Shown here piece by piece: positions 45,421-54,387 of a stretch of DNA of 64,000 nt. Location of the stretch: assembly GCA_964577595.1 (NCBI GenBank), contig CAZNZK010000001.1:66271-130270 (forward strand), read 5' to 3'. Position numbers and translations under genes: made by a program. The stretch is from an uncultured Candidatus Saccharibacteria bacterium (GTDB lineage Bacteria > Patescibacteriota > Minisyncoccia > Phycocordibacterales > JAKAEA01). Under the pieces are notes generated by a model. The model saw only the letters and a program-made list of their open reading frames with translations, had not been told where the DNA came from and did not search any database. The stretch's first letter is position 1. Every line of letters begins with the position of its first letter.

Positions 45421-46507
45421 TAATTACTTCTCCGTCGTCAATAAGGCCGCGACGGGATTTTTCCATACCATCCATAGCCAGAGTGCGCATGTTTTCTTGG
45501 GCGGCAATCGTTTGCAATTGGGCTAAGGAGGCACCACGAATCACCGCCTCCCGCAAGGCAGTGCTCATGGTAGCGATTTCGTAGACTGCTAGCCGGCCGC
45601 GAAAGCCAGTATAACGGCAAGTCGCACACCCTTTTGATCCACGTTCTCGACAGCGTTCGCACCGCTTGCGCACCAGTCGTTGTGCCACAATAGTCTCCAG
45701 AGTAGCCGCGATTAGATAGGGTGCTACACCCATGTCTAAAAAACGGACAACCACAGATAAAGCGTCGTTGGTATGCAGGGTGGAAAGCACGAGGTGGCCG
45801 GTGAGCGAGGCGTGAATGGCAATATGGGCTGTTTCCGCGTCGCGGATTTCACCGACCATAATGACGTCCGGATCTTGTCGCAGAATGGAGCGCAAGCCGG
45901 CGGCAAAAGTTAAACCGTGAGCCGCGTCAACCTGCACCTGCCGAGCGCTTGGCAGAACATATTCCACAGGGTCTTCAATAGTAACCACCAAGCGTTCTGG
46001 TGATACTAACCGCAATAAGCTATAGAGCGTCGTGGTTTTTCCCGAACCCGTTGGTCCAGTGATCAGGACCATACCTTGTTTGCGTGCCATAGCGGCCTCT
46101 AGGCGGGCCACATCAATCACGTTCACTCCTAACGTTTCCAGCCGCGCGAAATCAGGCTTATCTTTAAGAATGCGCAGAACTGCCGCTTCGCCATAGTGCG
46201 TGGGCATGATAGAGGCGCGAATATCCCCGCCACCAAATTCGCGTGTCAGCCGCCCGTCTTGGGGCATGTTGTGCAAATCCGTCCGCAATCGCGCTAGGAT
46301 CTTTATACGGCTTATAAGCCCAGCATGGAGTGCCTTTGGTACCCGACGCTCCACCGCGAGCAGGCCGTCAGCCCGAAACCGAACCAACACTTCATTACTA
46401 CCTGGATCCACATGAATATCGGAAGCACCTGCCCGGTCGGCCTCATGCAAAATAATTTCAATAATTTTTGCGGGCGCCGCGGCCTCTTCAGAATCCTCGG
46501 TCTCCAT
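45410..46507 (-). CDS. pilB: type IV pilus assembly ATPase (PilB/GspE family, short form)
   Basis: Walker [18 protein letters not shown]; Asp box and Walker B; His box. C-terminal tetracysteine [19 protein letters not shown] characteristic of GspE/PilB rather than PilT. Confidence 0.7.
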   Translation of the reverse strand: METEDSEEAAAPAKIIEIILHEADRAGASDIHVDPGSNEVLVRFRADGLLAVERRVPKALHAGLISRIKILARLRTDLHNMPQDGRLTREFGGGDIRASIMPTHYGEAAVLRILKDKPDFARLETLGVNVIDVARLEAAMARKQGMVLITGPTGSGKTTTLYSLLRLVSPERLVVTIEDPVEYVLPSARQVQVDAAHGLTFAAGLRSILRQDPDVIMVGEIRDAETAHIAIHASLTGHLVLSTLHTNDALSVVVRFLDMGVAPYLIAATLETIVAQRLVRKRCERCRERGSKGCATCRYTGFRGRLAVYEIATMSTALREAVIRGASLAQLQTIAAQENMRTLAMDGMEKSRRGLIDDGEVISAL

Positions 46508-46564
46508 TACTGCAATTATAAAAGCAGTCGCTAAAATCTTTCTGAACTTTTATTAAATTAAAAA

Positions 46565-47017
46565 TTAAAACAACGATTCCACCACACTTTTTATTTCAGC
46601 GCCATCGGCTTGGCCTTTTAATTCCTTGTTTATAGCCCCGATTAATTTGCCCATTCCAGCCTTGTCAGTGACACCGAGTTGTTGTTTAACTTTTTTTGCC
46701 ACTTTTTCAATCTCTTTTCGGGGTAGGGAAGCTGGTAAAAACTCTTGCAAAATCTTCAATTCTGCCTGTTCCACTTTCACTAAATCCTTTCGGCCGCCTT
46801 TGGTAAACTGCTCAATAGAATCCTTATGCTGATTAGCCAGCTTTTTCACTATGGCAAGAACGACGTCGTCTTTGGCATCTTCTCCCTCCTTGGCCTTTTT
46901 AGCCATGAGTTCATAGGTTAATGCGGCCAAAATAGAGCGGCAAACCGTGGTGCGCACAGTGTCTTGGTCTAAAAATGCCCGCTTCGCTTCCTCTTTGATT
47001 TTTGTATGCAGAGACAT
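46565..47017 (-). CDS. GatB/YqeY domain protein
   Basis: 150-aa all-helical, Lys-rich; pattern typical of YqeY. Confidence 0.6.
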   Translation of the reverse strand: MSLHTKIKEEAKRAFLDQDTVRTTVCRSILAALTYELMAKKAKEGEDAKDDVVLAIVKKLANQHKDSIEQFTKGGRKDLVKVEQAELKILQEFLPASLPRKEIEKVAKKVKQQLGVTDKAGMGKLIGAINKELKGQADGAEIKSVVESLF

Positions 47018-47087
47018 GAGAATGTTTGTAATTACTTAATATTTCCATACTATATCACTAATTTTCTAGTATAATAGTGGCATACTT

Positions 47088-48191
47088 ATGGATGGCACAT
47101 TCTTTATTTTAATACTCGTCATTATTGTGGCCGCGGGAGCGGTAGTTTATGCTGTCCGGAAAAGTGGTGCGGGGTTAGAAAAGTCCGAAAATAATGAGCA
47201 AGCCAGCACATTTCAGTTGCTCATAGAGCAAATTAATGATTTGGGTCGGCGGGTTGATTTCAAAGTCGGGGAGCTCCACAAAACGGTAGACACCAAAATG
47301 GGGGAGTCGTCCAAAATGATTCAAAAGTCGGTATCCGACCAGCTTTTAACATCACAAAAACTTATCCAAGACATTACCCGCGAACTCACCGAAGTTAAGG
47401 AAACCGGTAAGCAGGTAGTGGGTTTTGCCGACCAGCTCCAAAGTCTGCAGGATATTCTTAAAAATCCAAAGCAACGTGGTATTCTCGGTGAGTATTATTT
47501 GGAAACTCTTCTCAAAAATACTCTACCGCCAGAAAGCTACCAAATGCAATATGCTTTTTCCGATGGCACTATTGTTGACGCCGCCGTTTTCGTTAAAGAC
47601 AAAATCATCCCTATCGATTCAAAATTTTCCCTGGAAAATTACAATCGCCTGAGCGAAACCCGCGACCCAGCCGAGCGCGACCGCCTGGAAAAAATCTTCG
47701 TCAACGACCTCAAAAATCGTATTCTGGAAACCAGTAAATACATTTTGCCCAAAGAGGGGACTATGGACTTTGCCTTCATGTTTATTCCCCACGAGGCCAT
47801 TTATTACGAGCTTTTGGTGAGCACTATTGGCGCCCTCAAAGATGAGCCGGAAAACCTCATCCAGCGGGCCGCCAGTAAGTACCACGTCATTATTGTGTCG
47901 CCGACCTCCTTCCTGGCCTACCTCCAAACCGTCCTGCAGGGCCTACGCGCATTACAAATAGAGGAGTCGGTGAAAGGGGTCATTAAGAATGTGGGTGAGC
48001 TTAGCAGGCATCTTAAAACCTATGAGGAATACCATGGCAAGCTCGGCAATGCTTTAGCTACCACTATCAATCACTACAACGCCACCGGTAAAGAATTCAA
48101 GAAAATTGATAAAGATATTTTGCGCATCACCGGTACATCGCTTGAAATTGAAACGCTGACTTTAGACAAGCCCGATACCGACGAAATGTAA
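47088..48191 (+). CDS. rmuC: DNA recombination protein RmuC
   Basis: N-terminal TM, long coiled coil, C-terminal RmuC nuclease-like region YILPKEGTMDFAFMFIPHEAIYYELL. Confidence 0.65.
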   Translation: MDGTFFILILVIIVAAGAVVYAVRKSGAGLEKSENNEQASTFQLLIEQINDLGRRVDFKVGELHKTVDTKMGESSKMIQKSVSDQLLTSQKLIQDITRELTEVKETGKQVVGFADQLQSLQDILKNPKQRGILGEYYLETLLKNTLPPESYQMQYAFSDGTIVDAAVFVKDKIIPIDSKFSLENYNRLSETRDPAERDRLEKIFVNDLKNRILETSKYILPKEGTMDFAFMFIPHEAIYYELLVSTIGALKDEPENLIQRAASKYHVIIVSPTSFLAYLQTVLQGLRALQIEESVKGVIKNVGELSRHLKTYEEYHGKLGNALATTINHYNATGKEFKKIDKDILRITGTSLEIETLTLDKPDTDEM

Positions 48192-48586
48192 TAAAAAGGC
48201 AGATTGTGGATATCCTCTTGCACGATTTTATCAGTAGGAGTACTATCATTTCAGACACAAAATTCTTTTTTGGTTCCATTGGGAGCCAGGGTTTTGTCAT
48301 TTCTCTTGTTAATGTCGCGCAAGGATGTGCGACACGCCGGCCTGAAAGGAGCTGGCAAAAAAACGAGGAAATTTCATACGTTTCAATCGAAATGCTTGAT
48401 TCTATCGTGCTTAAAGCGCTTGTTTAGGGCCCTGGACTCACGTCGCGACTGAGTCGGACGGCCTACAGCAGAAAACACGTAAGGATCAAAATGGCTGAAC
48501 TGCGACTCACAACCGCGGTTCAGCTATTTTTTATTGGCAATGTGCACTATTGCCTTTTTATTAATATCTGTTAAAATAGCGAAACT

Positions 48587-48922
48587 ATGACGAAAACAGG
48601 CCAATTTGCGGTTATTGAAACAGGCGGCAAGCAATACAAAGTTGCCGTTGGTGATTCTATTAAAATTGAAAAGCTTAACGATGAGGCCAAGGTGGGGGAC
48701 TCTCTGGCTTTTGATAAAGTCCTGTTAGTTGCTGACGAAAATACGGCTAAGGTTGGCTCTCCAAACCTTGCTGGTGCTTCTGTTAAGGCCACCCTTACTA
48801 AAATCGGCCGCGCCGCAAAAATCCTCGTGGTTAAATTCAAACAAAAGAGCCGCTATATGAAGCGCAATGGTCATCGCCAGCCTTTCTTTGAGGTAAAAAT
48901 TGATTCTATTTCTGCCAAGTAA
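48587..48922 (+). CDS. rplU: 50S ribosomal protein L21
   Basis: MTKTGQFAVIETGGKQYKVAVGDSIKIEKL ... HRQPFFEVKI. Confidence 0.85.
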   Translation: MTKTGQFAVIETGGKQYKVAVGDSIKIEKLNDEAKVGDSLAFDKVLLVADENTAKVGSPNLAGASVKATLTKIGRAAKILVVKFKQKSRYMKRNGHRQPFFEVKIDSISAK

Positions 48923-48941
48923 ATATAAGAAAAACCGCTTA

Positions 48942-49553
48942 CTACGAGCGGTTTTTTAGTGCGAATTTAAGGGTGTCGCTATCAGAATATTCTAATTCGG
49001 TGCCAGTGGAGACGCCTTTGCCTAAATGGGAGATTTTTGCGGTGCCCATGACGGGTGCTAAAAGTCGTTCTATGTAGTCGCCGGTGTGTTCGCCCTCGGG
49101 GGTGACATTCATAGCCAAGATAATTTCCCGCAAGTCCGCTTGACGGTTTTTAACCGTAGCGAGCAGTTCTGTTTGGCGAATCCGTTCCTCTGGCTTTTCC
49201 GTGAGAATGGGTACACTACCGCCGAGCACAAAATAAAGACCCTTATAGGCGCCGCTCTTTTCGATACTTTCAAGGTCAATATCGCGACTCACTATCATGA
49301 GTTGGCTTTTATCACGATGCTCGTCGCGGTCAATATCGCAGAGTTTTTGGTGATTGCCGGCTGGTTTTTCAAAAAAACGGTGGCATGCCGTACATTCCGC
49401 CACGGTGCCCTTCAGGGTGCTGACAAGCTTCGTTAATTCCTCATTGTGGTGTTGCGAGCGGGTAAGAAGGTAATAAGTGAATCGTCTTGCCTGCCTCGGT
49501 CCAATGCCTGGAAATTTTCCAAACAGTTCTGTTAATCGTTCTATGGTAGTCAT
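48942..49553 (-). CDS. recR: recombination protein RecR
   Basis: HhH LFGKFPGIGPRQARRFTYYLL, C4 zinc finger CTACHRFFEKPAGNHQKLCDIC, Toprim domain. Confidence 0.85.
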   Translation of the reverse strand: MTTIERLTELFGKFPGIGPRQARRFTYYLLTRSQHHNEELTKLVSTLKGTVAECTACHRFFEKPAGNHQKLCDIDRDEHRDKSQLMIVSRDIDLESIEKSGAYKGLYFVLGGSVPILTEKPEERIRQTELLATVKNRQADLREIILAMNVTPEGEHTGDYIERLLAPVMGTAKISHLGKGVSTGTELEYSDSDTLKFALKNRS

Positions 49554-49569
49554 TAAAATTTATTATAAC

Positions 49570-49628
49570 GCAAAAGAGCTTTTCTCGGGGAGATAAACGA
49601 TGCAAGCCCCTTCGAAAAGCTCTTTTGC
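49570..49628 (+). repeat. nested-hairpin intergenic repeat, family 2 copy 2 (inverted orientation relative to 39547..39605)
   Basis: GCAAAAGAGCTTTTC-tcGGGGagataaacgatgcaagCCCCtt-CGAAAAGCTCTTTTGC between recR and dnaB. 16-bp perfect outer stem. Confidence 0.5.
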
Positions 49629-49651
49629 TTTCAAATACACTAAAAACCACC

Positions 49652-51043
49652 TTAAAAATCATCACCTCCAGCTGGAGCGGCAAAATTATTATCCAGGGTA
49701 ACGAAACTCGTCTTTTTCTCGTCAAAGTAGAGCTCTGCCTTGCCGGTGGGGCCGTTGCGGTGTTTTTCAATCAGAATTTCGGCGATATTTGGCCGGCCCG
49801 AATCTTTATTTTGTTTATCTTCACGGTGAATGAACATAACCACATCGGCGTCTTGTTCAATGGATCCGGAATCGCGCAAGTCGGAGAGGCGGGGGCGGCC
49901 ACCGCGTTGTTCAACGGCGCGGGAAAGCTGGGAAAGGGCCAAAACGGGCACATCTAGTTCGCGGGCTAATTGTTTGAGTGAGCGGGAAATTTCGGTGATT
50001 TGTTGTACTAAATTGTCATTGGCCCGAGAATTGGTTGGTTGCATGAGCTGGAGATAGTCCACCACCACCAAGCCAAGACCCTTTTCTGATTTTAGGCGCC
50101 GCGCAGTAGAGCGCATCTTCAAAATAGTGTTAGCAGGCGCGTCGTCAATAAATATAGGCGCTTTAGAGAGGCGACTCATGCCTTCCTGGAGAGCGGTGAA
50201 GTCGTGCTCAACAAAACCGTGACCCGTGCGCAATTTCCAGGAATCAACACGCGACTCGGCGGCGAGCATGCGGTCAACGAGCTGTTGAGCGCTCATTTCC
50301 AAAGAAAATACTCCAACAGGGATATTGTGGGTGATAGCGGCATGGCGAATAATGTCCAAGGCGAGCGACGTTTTACCAACAGATGGGCGAGCGGCCAAAA
50401 TTATAAGATCCGATTTCTGTAGACCGGCCAGCTTGCTGTCCAAATCCTTAAAGCCGGTAGGGACGCCGCGAAGTTCGTCACGTGATTGGTGGAGCTTGTC
50501 AAAACGCTCCCAAGCACCAGCGAGTTCGTCGCCGAGCATGACGAAGCGGTGAGCAGTAGGGGCGTTGGTGACCTCAAAAACACGTTTTTCCGCGGAATCC
50601 AGCAATACTTCCAGCTCGTTGCCTTCATCGTAGCCCAGACGGTTAATATCCTCGCCACACTCAATGAGGTTACGCATCACAAACTTCTTTTCCACGATTT
50701 CCGCATAGTGCTTAATGTTGGCAGCCGATGGCACTGAGTTGACGAGCTCGCTCAAATAGCTGGCGCCACCAACGCGGTCAAGCTCGCCTTTTTCGCGCAA
50801 GCGGTTGGAAAGGGAGAGGAGGTCGATTGGTGTGGAAACATTTAAAAGATCCAGCATCGTTTGGTAGATAATGCGGTGGCGCTCGGCATAAAAAGAATCA
50901 GATTTAATTTGGTCCACCACTTCATGGATGACATCAGGACGGAGCATGACAGAACCCAAGAGGGCCATTTCAGCTTCCACGCTTTGCGGCGGCACCCGCA
51001 CGTACGGAGATTTTTGTTGAATGAGTTTAGATTCTGTTGACAT
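49652..51043 (-). CDS. dnaB: replicative DNA helicase DnaB
   Basis: N-terminal DnaB domain (ALLGSVML). RecA-like domain with Walker A ARPSVGKTSLALDI, Walker B VVVDYLQLM, arginine finger. 463 aa, no intein. Confidence 0.85.
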   Translation of the reverse strand: MSTESKLIQQKSPYVRVPPQSVEAEMALLGSVMLRPDVIHEVVDQIKSDSFYAERHRIIYQTMLDLLNVSTPIDLLSLSNRLREKGELDRVGGASYLSELVNSVPSAANIKHYAEIVEKKFVMRNLIECGEDINRLGYDEGNELEVLLDSAEKRVFEVTNAPTAHRFVMLGDELAGAWERFDKLHQSRDELRGVPTGFKDLDSKLAGLQKSDLIILAARPSVGKTSLALDIIRHAAITHNIPVGVFSLEMSAQQLVDRMLAAESRVDSWKLRTGHGFVEHDFTALQEGMSRLSKAPIFIDDAPANTILKMRSTARRLKSEKGLGLVVVDYLQLMQPTNSRANDNLVQQITEISRSLKQLARELDVPVLALSQLSRAVEQRGGRPRLSDLRDSGSIEQDADVVMFIHREDKQNKDSGRPNIAEILIEKHRNGPTGKAELYFDEKKTSFVTLDNNFAAPAGGDDF

Positions 51044-51208
51044 ATTCTTTATCTTTTTTTCATATTCATTTTAACATTTATTTAACGACCGCAAATAGTC
51101 AAAACCCTTACAATGTGTGCATATGCTGTGGATTGTGCACTGGAGAATGGTTTTCACGTTAGCACAAGGATTTTTAGTATGAAAATACGGTGTGTTATGA
51201 TTAAAAAA

Positions 51209-51859
51209 ATGAACATAAACCCAGAGGCAAAAAGAATACTGTGTTTTGGAGACTCCAATACTTGGGGGTATATGCCGGGGAGTAAGCACAATCGCTATTC
51301 AGCAGACCTGCGTTGGACGGGCATATTACAAGGGTTATTGGGTACCTCTTACGAAGTTATTGAAGAAGGTCTTAATTCTCGTGGAATCACAAAAGGAGAT
51401 CCACGTCCGGGAAAAGAAGGAAGAAGTTCTATAGAATATATAATCCCTTGTTTAGACTCCCATGACCCGCTGGATTATATAGTTGTATTTCTTGGTACAA
51501 ATGAACTTAAATCGGAATTTAACCTATCTGCTGAGGGTGTTGGCGAGAACTTGGAAATGTTAATAAGAATGATTATTAAACAGCCATCACAATTTAGAGA
51601 TATAAAACCTCAAATACTTATTGTCACCCCTCCCGCTGTAAGCGAAACAACAGAATATGCTTCAAAAGGTGGAAAATATAGAGGCGCACATGAAAAATCC
51701 ATAGAACTTAAAAAGATTTTTAAGAAAGTGGCGGAAGATACTAGTAGTTTGTTTGTTGATATTCAAGACCAGTTGTCGGTGGGAGAGGACGGTGTACACA
51801 TGCTTCCTGTCGGACACAAAAAACTTGCTGAAGCGGTGCGTTCCATCTTGGTTGAGTAA
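51209..51859 (+). CDS. SGNH/GDSL-family hydrolase (esterase/lipase-like)
   Basis: ILCFGDSNTWG (GDS block I), conserved G and N blocks, C-terminal DGVHM (DxxH). AT-rich region. Start inferred at MNINPEAK. Confidence 0.6.
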   Translation: MNINPEAKRILCFGDSNTWGYMPGSKHNRYSADLRWTGILQGLLGTSYEVIEEGLNSRGITKGDPRPGKEGRSSIEYIIPCLDSHDPLDYIVVFLGTNELKSEFNLSAEGVGENLEMLIRMIIKQPSQFRDIKPQILIVTPPAVSETTEYASKGGKYRGAHEKSIELKKIFKKVAEDTSSLFVDIQDQLSVGEDGVHMLPVGHKKLAEAVRSILVE

Positions 51860-51948
51860 ATTAAACAAAAACTACATGTCCCCATCCTTAGGCGTGGGAC
51901 ATGTAGTTTTTGCTATTCTCCACTCCCAATTTGCTATACTTTCAGTAT

Positions 51949-52551
51949 ATGAAAAGCTCATCAAAAGGTTCCGTTAAAACAATATTAATAATAATTATTA
52001 TTCTTGTACTTATTGGTTTTGTTATCTACGCGTATTCGCAGCAGGGGACTAGTCAATCGGCGAATACTCCTACTGCCACAGTTTTCACAAACACAAATCA
52101 AACTCCGGCTGTTCCTCAAACCCCAGCTCCGAAAACTACCCAAACAAACGTCCTTGCTCCTGCAAAGGTCACTCCTTCCGCAAATTCCAGTCTTATTAGC
52201 GTTTTTGCTCCTGTGGCCGGCAGCCAGTTCAAGGTTGCAAAATCAGGGAATTGGACATCAGTACAGCCAATATCAATTATCTGGGCTACGCATTACGCGC
52301 CAGTTAAGGGTCTCTTTGCCTTTCTGGTGCCGAGCAATAAAACTAGTTCTTCTGTTTATTTTGCCGATCAGCTAGGGATTACTGCTAGTGGTGGCAGCAC
52401 CCTCACTATTGGGGGAAATAATCTAACGATCCCTCCTGGTAGTTATCAAATCAAAATTTGTGATGAGGGAAATATCACCAATCCTTCTGCCAATCCTATC
52501 GCCGGCACGGCATGTGGCCTGAGTCCTGTTTTCAGCCTCGTTGCTTCGTAG
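51949..52551 (+). CDS. hypothetical membrane-anchored Thr/Pro-rich protein
   Basis: TM anchor ILIIIIILVLIGFVIYAY followed by a T/P-rich linker and a beta-rich domain. Confidence 0.35.
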   Translation: MKSSSKGSVKTILIIIIILVLIGFVIYAYSQQGTSQSANTPTATVFTNTNQTPAVPQTPAPKTTQTNVLAPAKVTPSANSSLISVFAPVAGSQFKVAKSGNWTSVQPISIIWATHYAPVKGLFAFLVPSNKTSSSVYFADQLGITASGGSTLTIGGNNLTIPPGSYQIKICDEGNITNPSANPIAGTACGLSPVFSLVAS

Positions 52552-52760
52552 GAAAAGAGTTATATATTAAATTGTCTGTTATCACTCGGGTACAAGCGAT
52601 CAATTTTGCGTGTATAGATTTTACGCAGTTCTCTTGACGCACTCAATTTTCTAATGAGCAGTACGCGATTTCATAAAAGATTTAAGTCTCTTTCAGGACT
52701 ATTTTAACAACCCCTGACTAAAATACTAATACCGGCAATTCTGCGGAATTGCTCGGCAAT

Positions 52761-52831
52761 AGGGGCGTGAGAGTAGTCTCAACTAATTCTTGACGTATTA
52801 GTCTTGCGGGGTGCAACTCCCGCCGCCCCTA
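52761..52831 (+). ncRNA. tRNA-like structured RNA, family copy C (loop UCUUGACGU; anticodon-like stem CTAAT/ATTAG compensatory to copy A CTAAC/GTTAG)
   Basis: Shares about 85% identity with copy A from 52694 (CAGGACTATTTTAACAACCCCTGACTAAAATAC promoter-like motif) through the tRNA-like domain, downstream conserved blocks and the terminator at ~52958..52990. Confidence 0.45.
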
Positions 52832-52991
52832 CCACAAAAATAGTCAACAACACAAATTTTTTATTGCGTATAGTTGCTTGTATGTGGGGATCTGTTATAC
52901 TCCCTTAACATGTCAAGAGTTAGTTAGGGATTATATCTCTAAGACTAAGCCAAAGACTCCGCTAGGTGTAATAACTAGGCGGGGTTTTTGT

Positions 52992-54353
52992 TTATCTTAA
53001 ACTTTCAATAATGGAGCCGCTGGCAATATCTTTCACCTCAAACCCTAGTTTCTGAATTTTTTTGCGAATATCATCGGCATCATTCCAGCGTTTTTCGGCG
53101 CGGGCCTGTTCGCGTTCAGTCGTGAGTTTTTTGACTTCTTCTGGAATAGTAATGTGGTGCTTCTGGCCAAGTTGGAGGCCAAGAACCGTATCAAATTTCA
53201 AAATAGTTGCTTTTTTGGTGCCGGCAGAAAGTTTCTGATCGCCAACCATCTCCCACACAATAGCCAAGGCTTGCGGGGTGTTCAAGTCGTCATTAACAGC
53301 ATTCAAAAATGCTTTTTCGTATCTTCCAGTATTTTCAGTTGTCTCGCCATGCCATTCTTGCGTGTATCCCTGAAGCCGCTTATAGGCCTGCCCAGCCGCT
53401 TCGAGCGCTTCCCAGCTAAAATTCATCGGGGTGCGGTAATGGCCGCCAAGGAGCCAGTAGCGATAGGCGAGAGGGTTAATGCCGCGTTCAGTGATGCTGG
53501 CGAGCGTAATGCCCGTGCCTTCTGATTTCGCCATTTTACTCTCTCCCACATTCACAAAAGCATTATGGAGCCAGTAATTTACGAAGGGCCCGCCATGCGC
53601 GCATTCCGACTGGGCGATTTCGTTATTATGGTGGATCGGCGCTAAATCCATGCCGCCGGTGTGAATGTCAAAATGCGGGCCGAGGTAGCGTTCACTCATG
53701 GCCGAGCACTCTATATGCCAGCCAGGGAAACCCTTACCCCAAGGACTTTCGTAGCCAATAGAGTGATTGAATTTCCACAGAGCAAAATCTTTTTGGTTTT
53801 TCTTCTCGCTTTTGAGACCGATACGCGATTCGTCGCCGCCGGTGCCGCCCAGCTTGCCGTAGTGTGAGTCCTTGCTTGTGTCAAAATAAAGGCCATCGGA
53901 AGTTTTGTAGGTAAAACCTTTCTTCTCCAGCTTTTCAATAAGCTTTATGTCTTCGGAAATGTGTTGGGAAGCACGGGGCAATTCGTGCGGAGGCAGAATA
54001 TTGAGCGCCGCGATGTCGGCCTGGAATTTTTTAGTGTAAAAATCGGTTAGTCCACTCATGGCCTCCAACGTAATGGGCTTGCCTTCGCGCTTCAATCCTC
54101 GGATGATCTTATCCTCACCTTCGTCGTTGTCGCCGCCAATGCCAACGTCGGTGATATTCACCACTTGGCGCACGGCGAAACTATTATATTCAAAAACGCG
54201 CCGAACGATGTCGGAAAGCACAAATGAGCGCAAGTTACCGATATGTGCGTAATCATAGACCGTTGGCCCACAGGAATAAAGGCCGACATGGCCGACCTTA
54301 ATGGGCGTAAATAGCTCTTTTTTCTTGGTTAATGAGTTTGTCAATTCAATCAT
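52992..54353 (-). CDS. cysS: cysteinyl-tRNA synthetase
   Basis: Start inferred at MIELTNSLTKKKELFTPIKVGHVGLYSCGPTVYDYAHIGN (HIGH); KMAKSEG (KMSKS); C-terminal DALR-like domain. Track ORF extends 44 codons further upstream. Confidence 0.8.
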   Translation of the reverse strand: MIELTNSLTKKKELFTPIKVGHVGLYSCGPTVYDYAHIGNLRSFVLSDIVRRVFEYNSFAVRQVVNITDVGIGGDNDEGEDKIIRGLKREGKPITLEAMSGLTDFYTKKFQADIAALNILPPHELPRASQHISEDIKLIEKLEKKGFTYKTSDGLYFDTSKDSHYGKLGGTGGDESRIGLKSEKKNQKDFALWKFNHSIGYESPWGKGFPGWHIECSAMSERYLGPHFDIHTGGMDLAPIHHNNEIAQSECAHGGPFVNYWLHNAFVNVGESKMAKSEGTGITLASITERGINPLAYRYWLLGGHYRTPMNFSWEALEAAGQAYKRLQGYTQEWHGETTENTGRYEKAFLNAVNDDLNTPQALAIVWEMVGDQKLSAGTKKATILKFDTVLGLQLGQKHHITIPEEVKKLTTEREQARAEKRWNDADDIRKKIQKLGFEVKDIASGSIIESLR

Positions 54354-54387
54354 GGAGAAACTATAGCAGATTTCCAGAGATTGTTCA

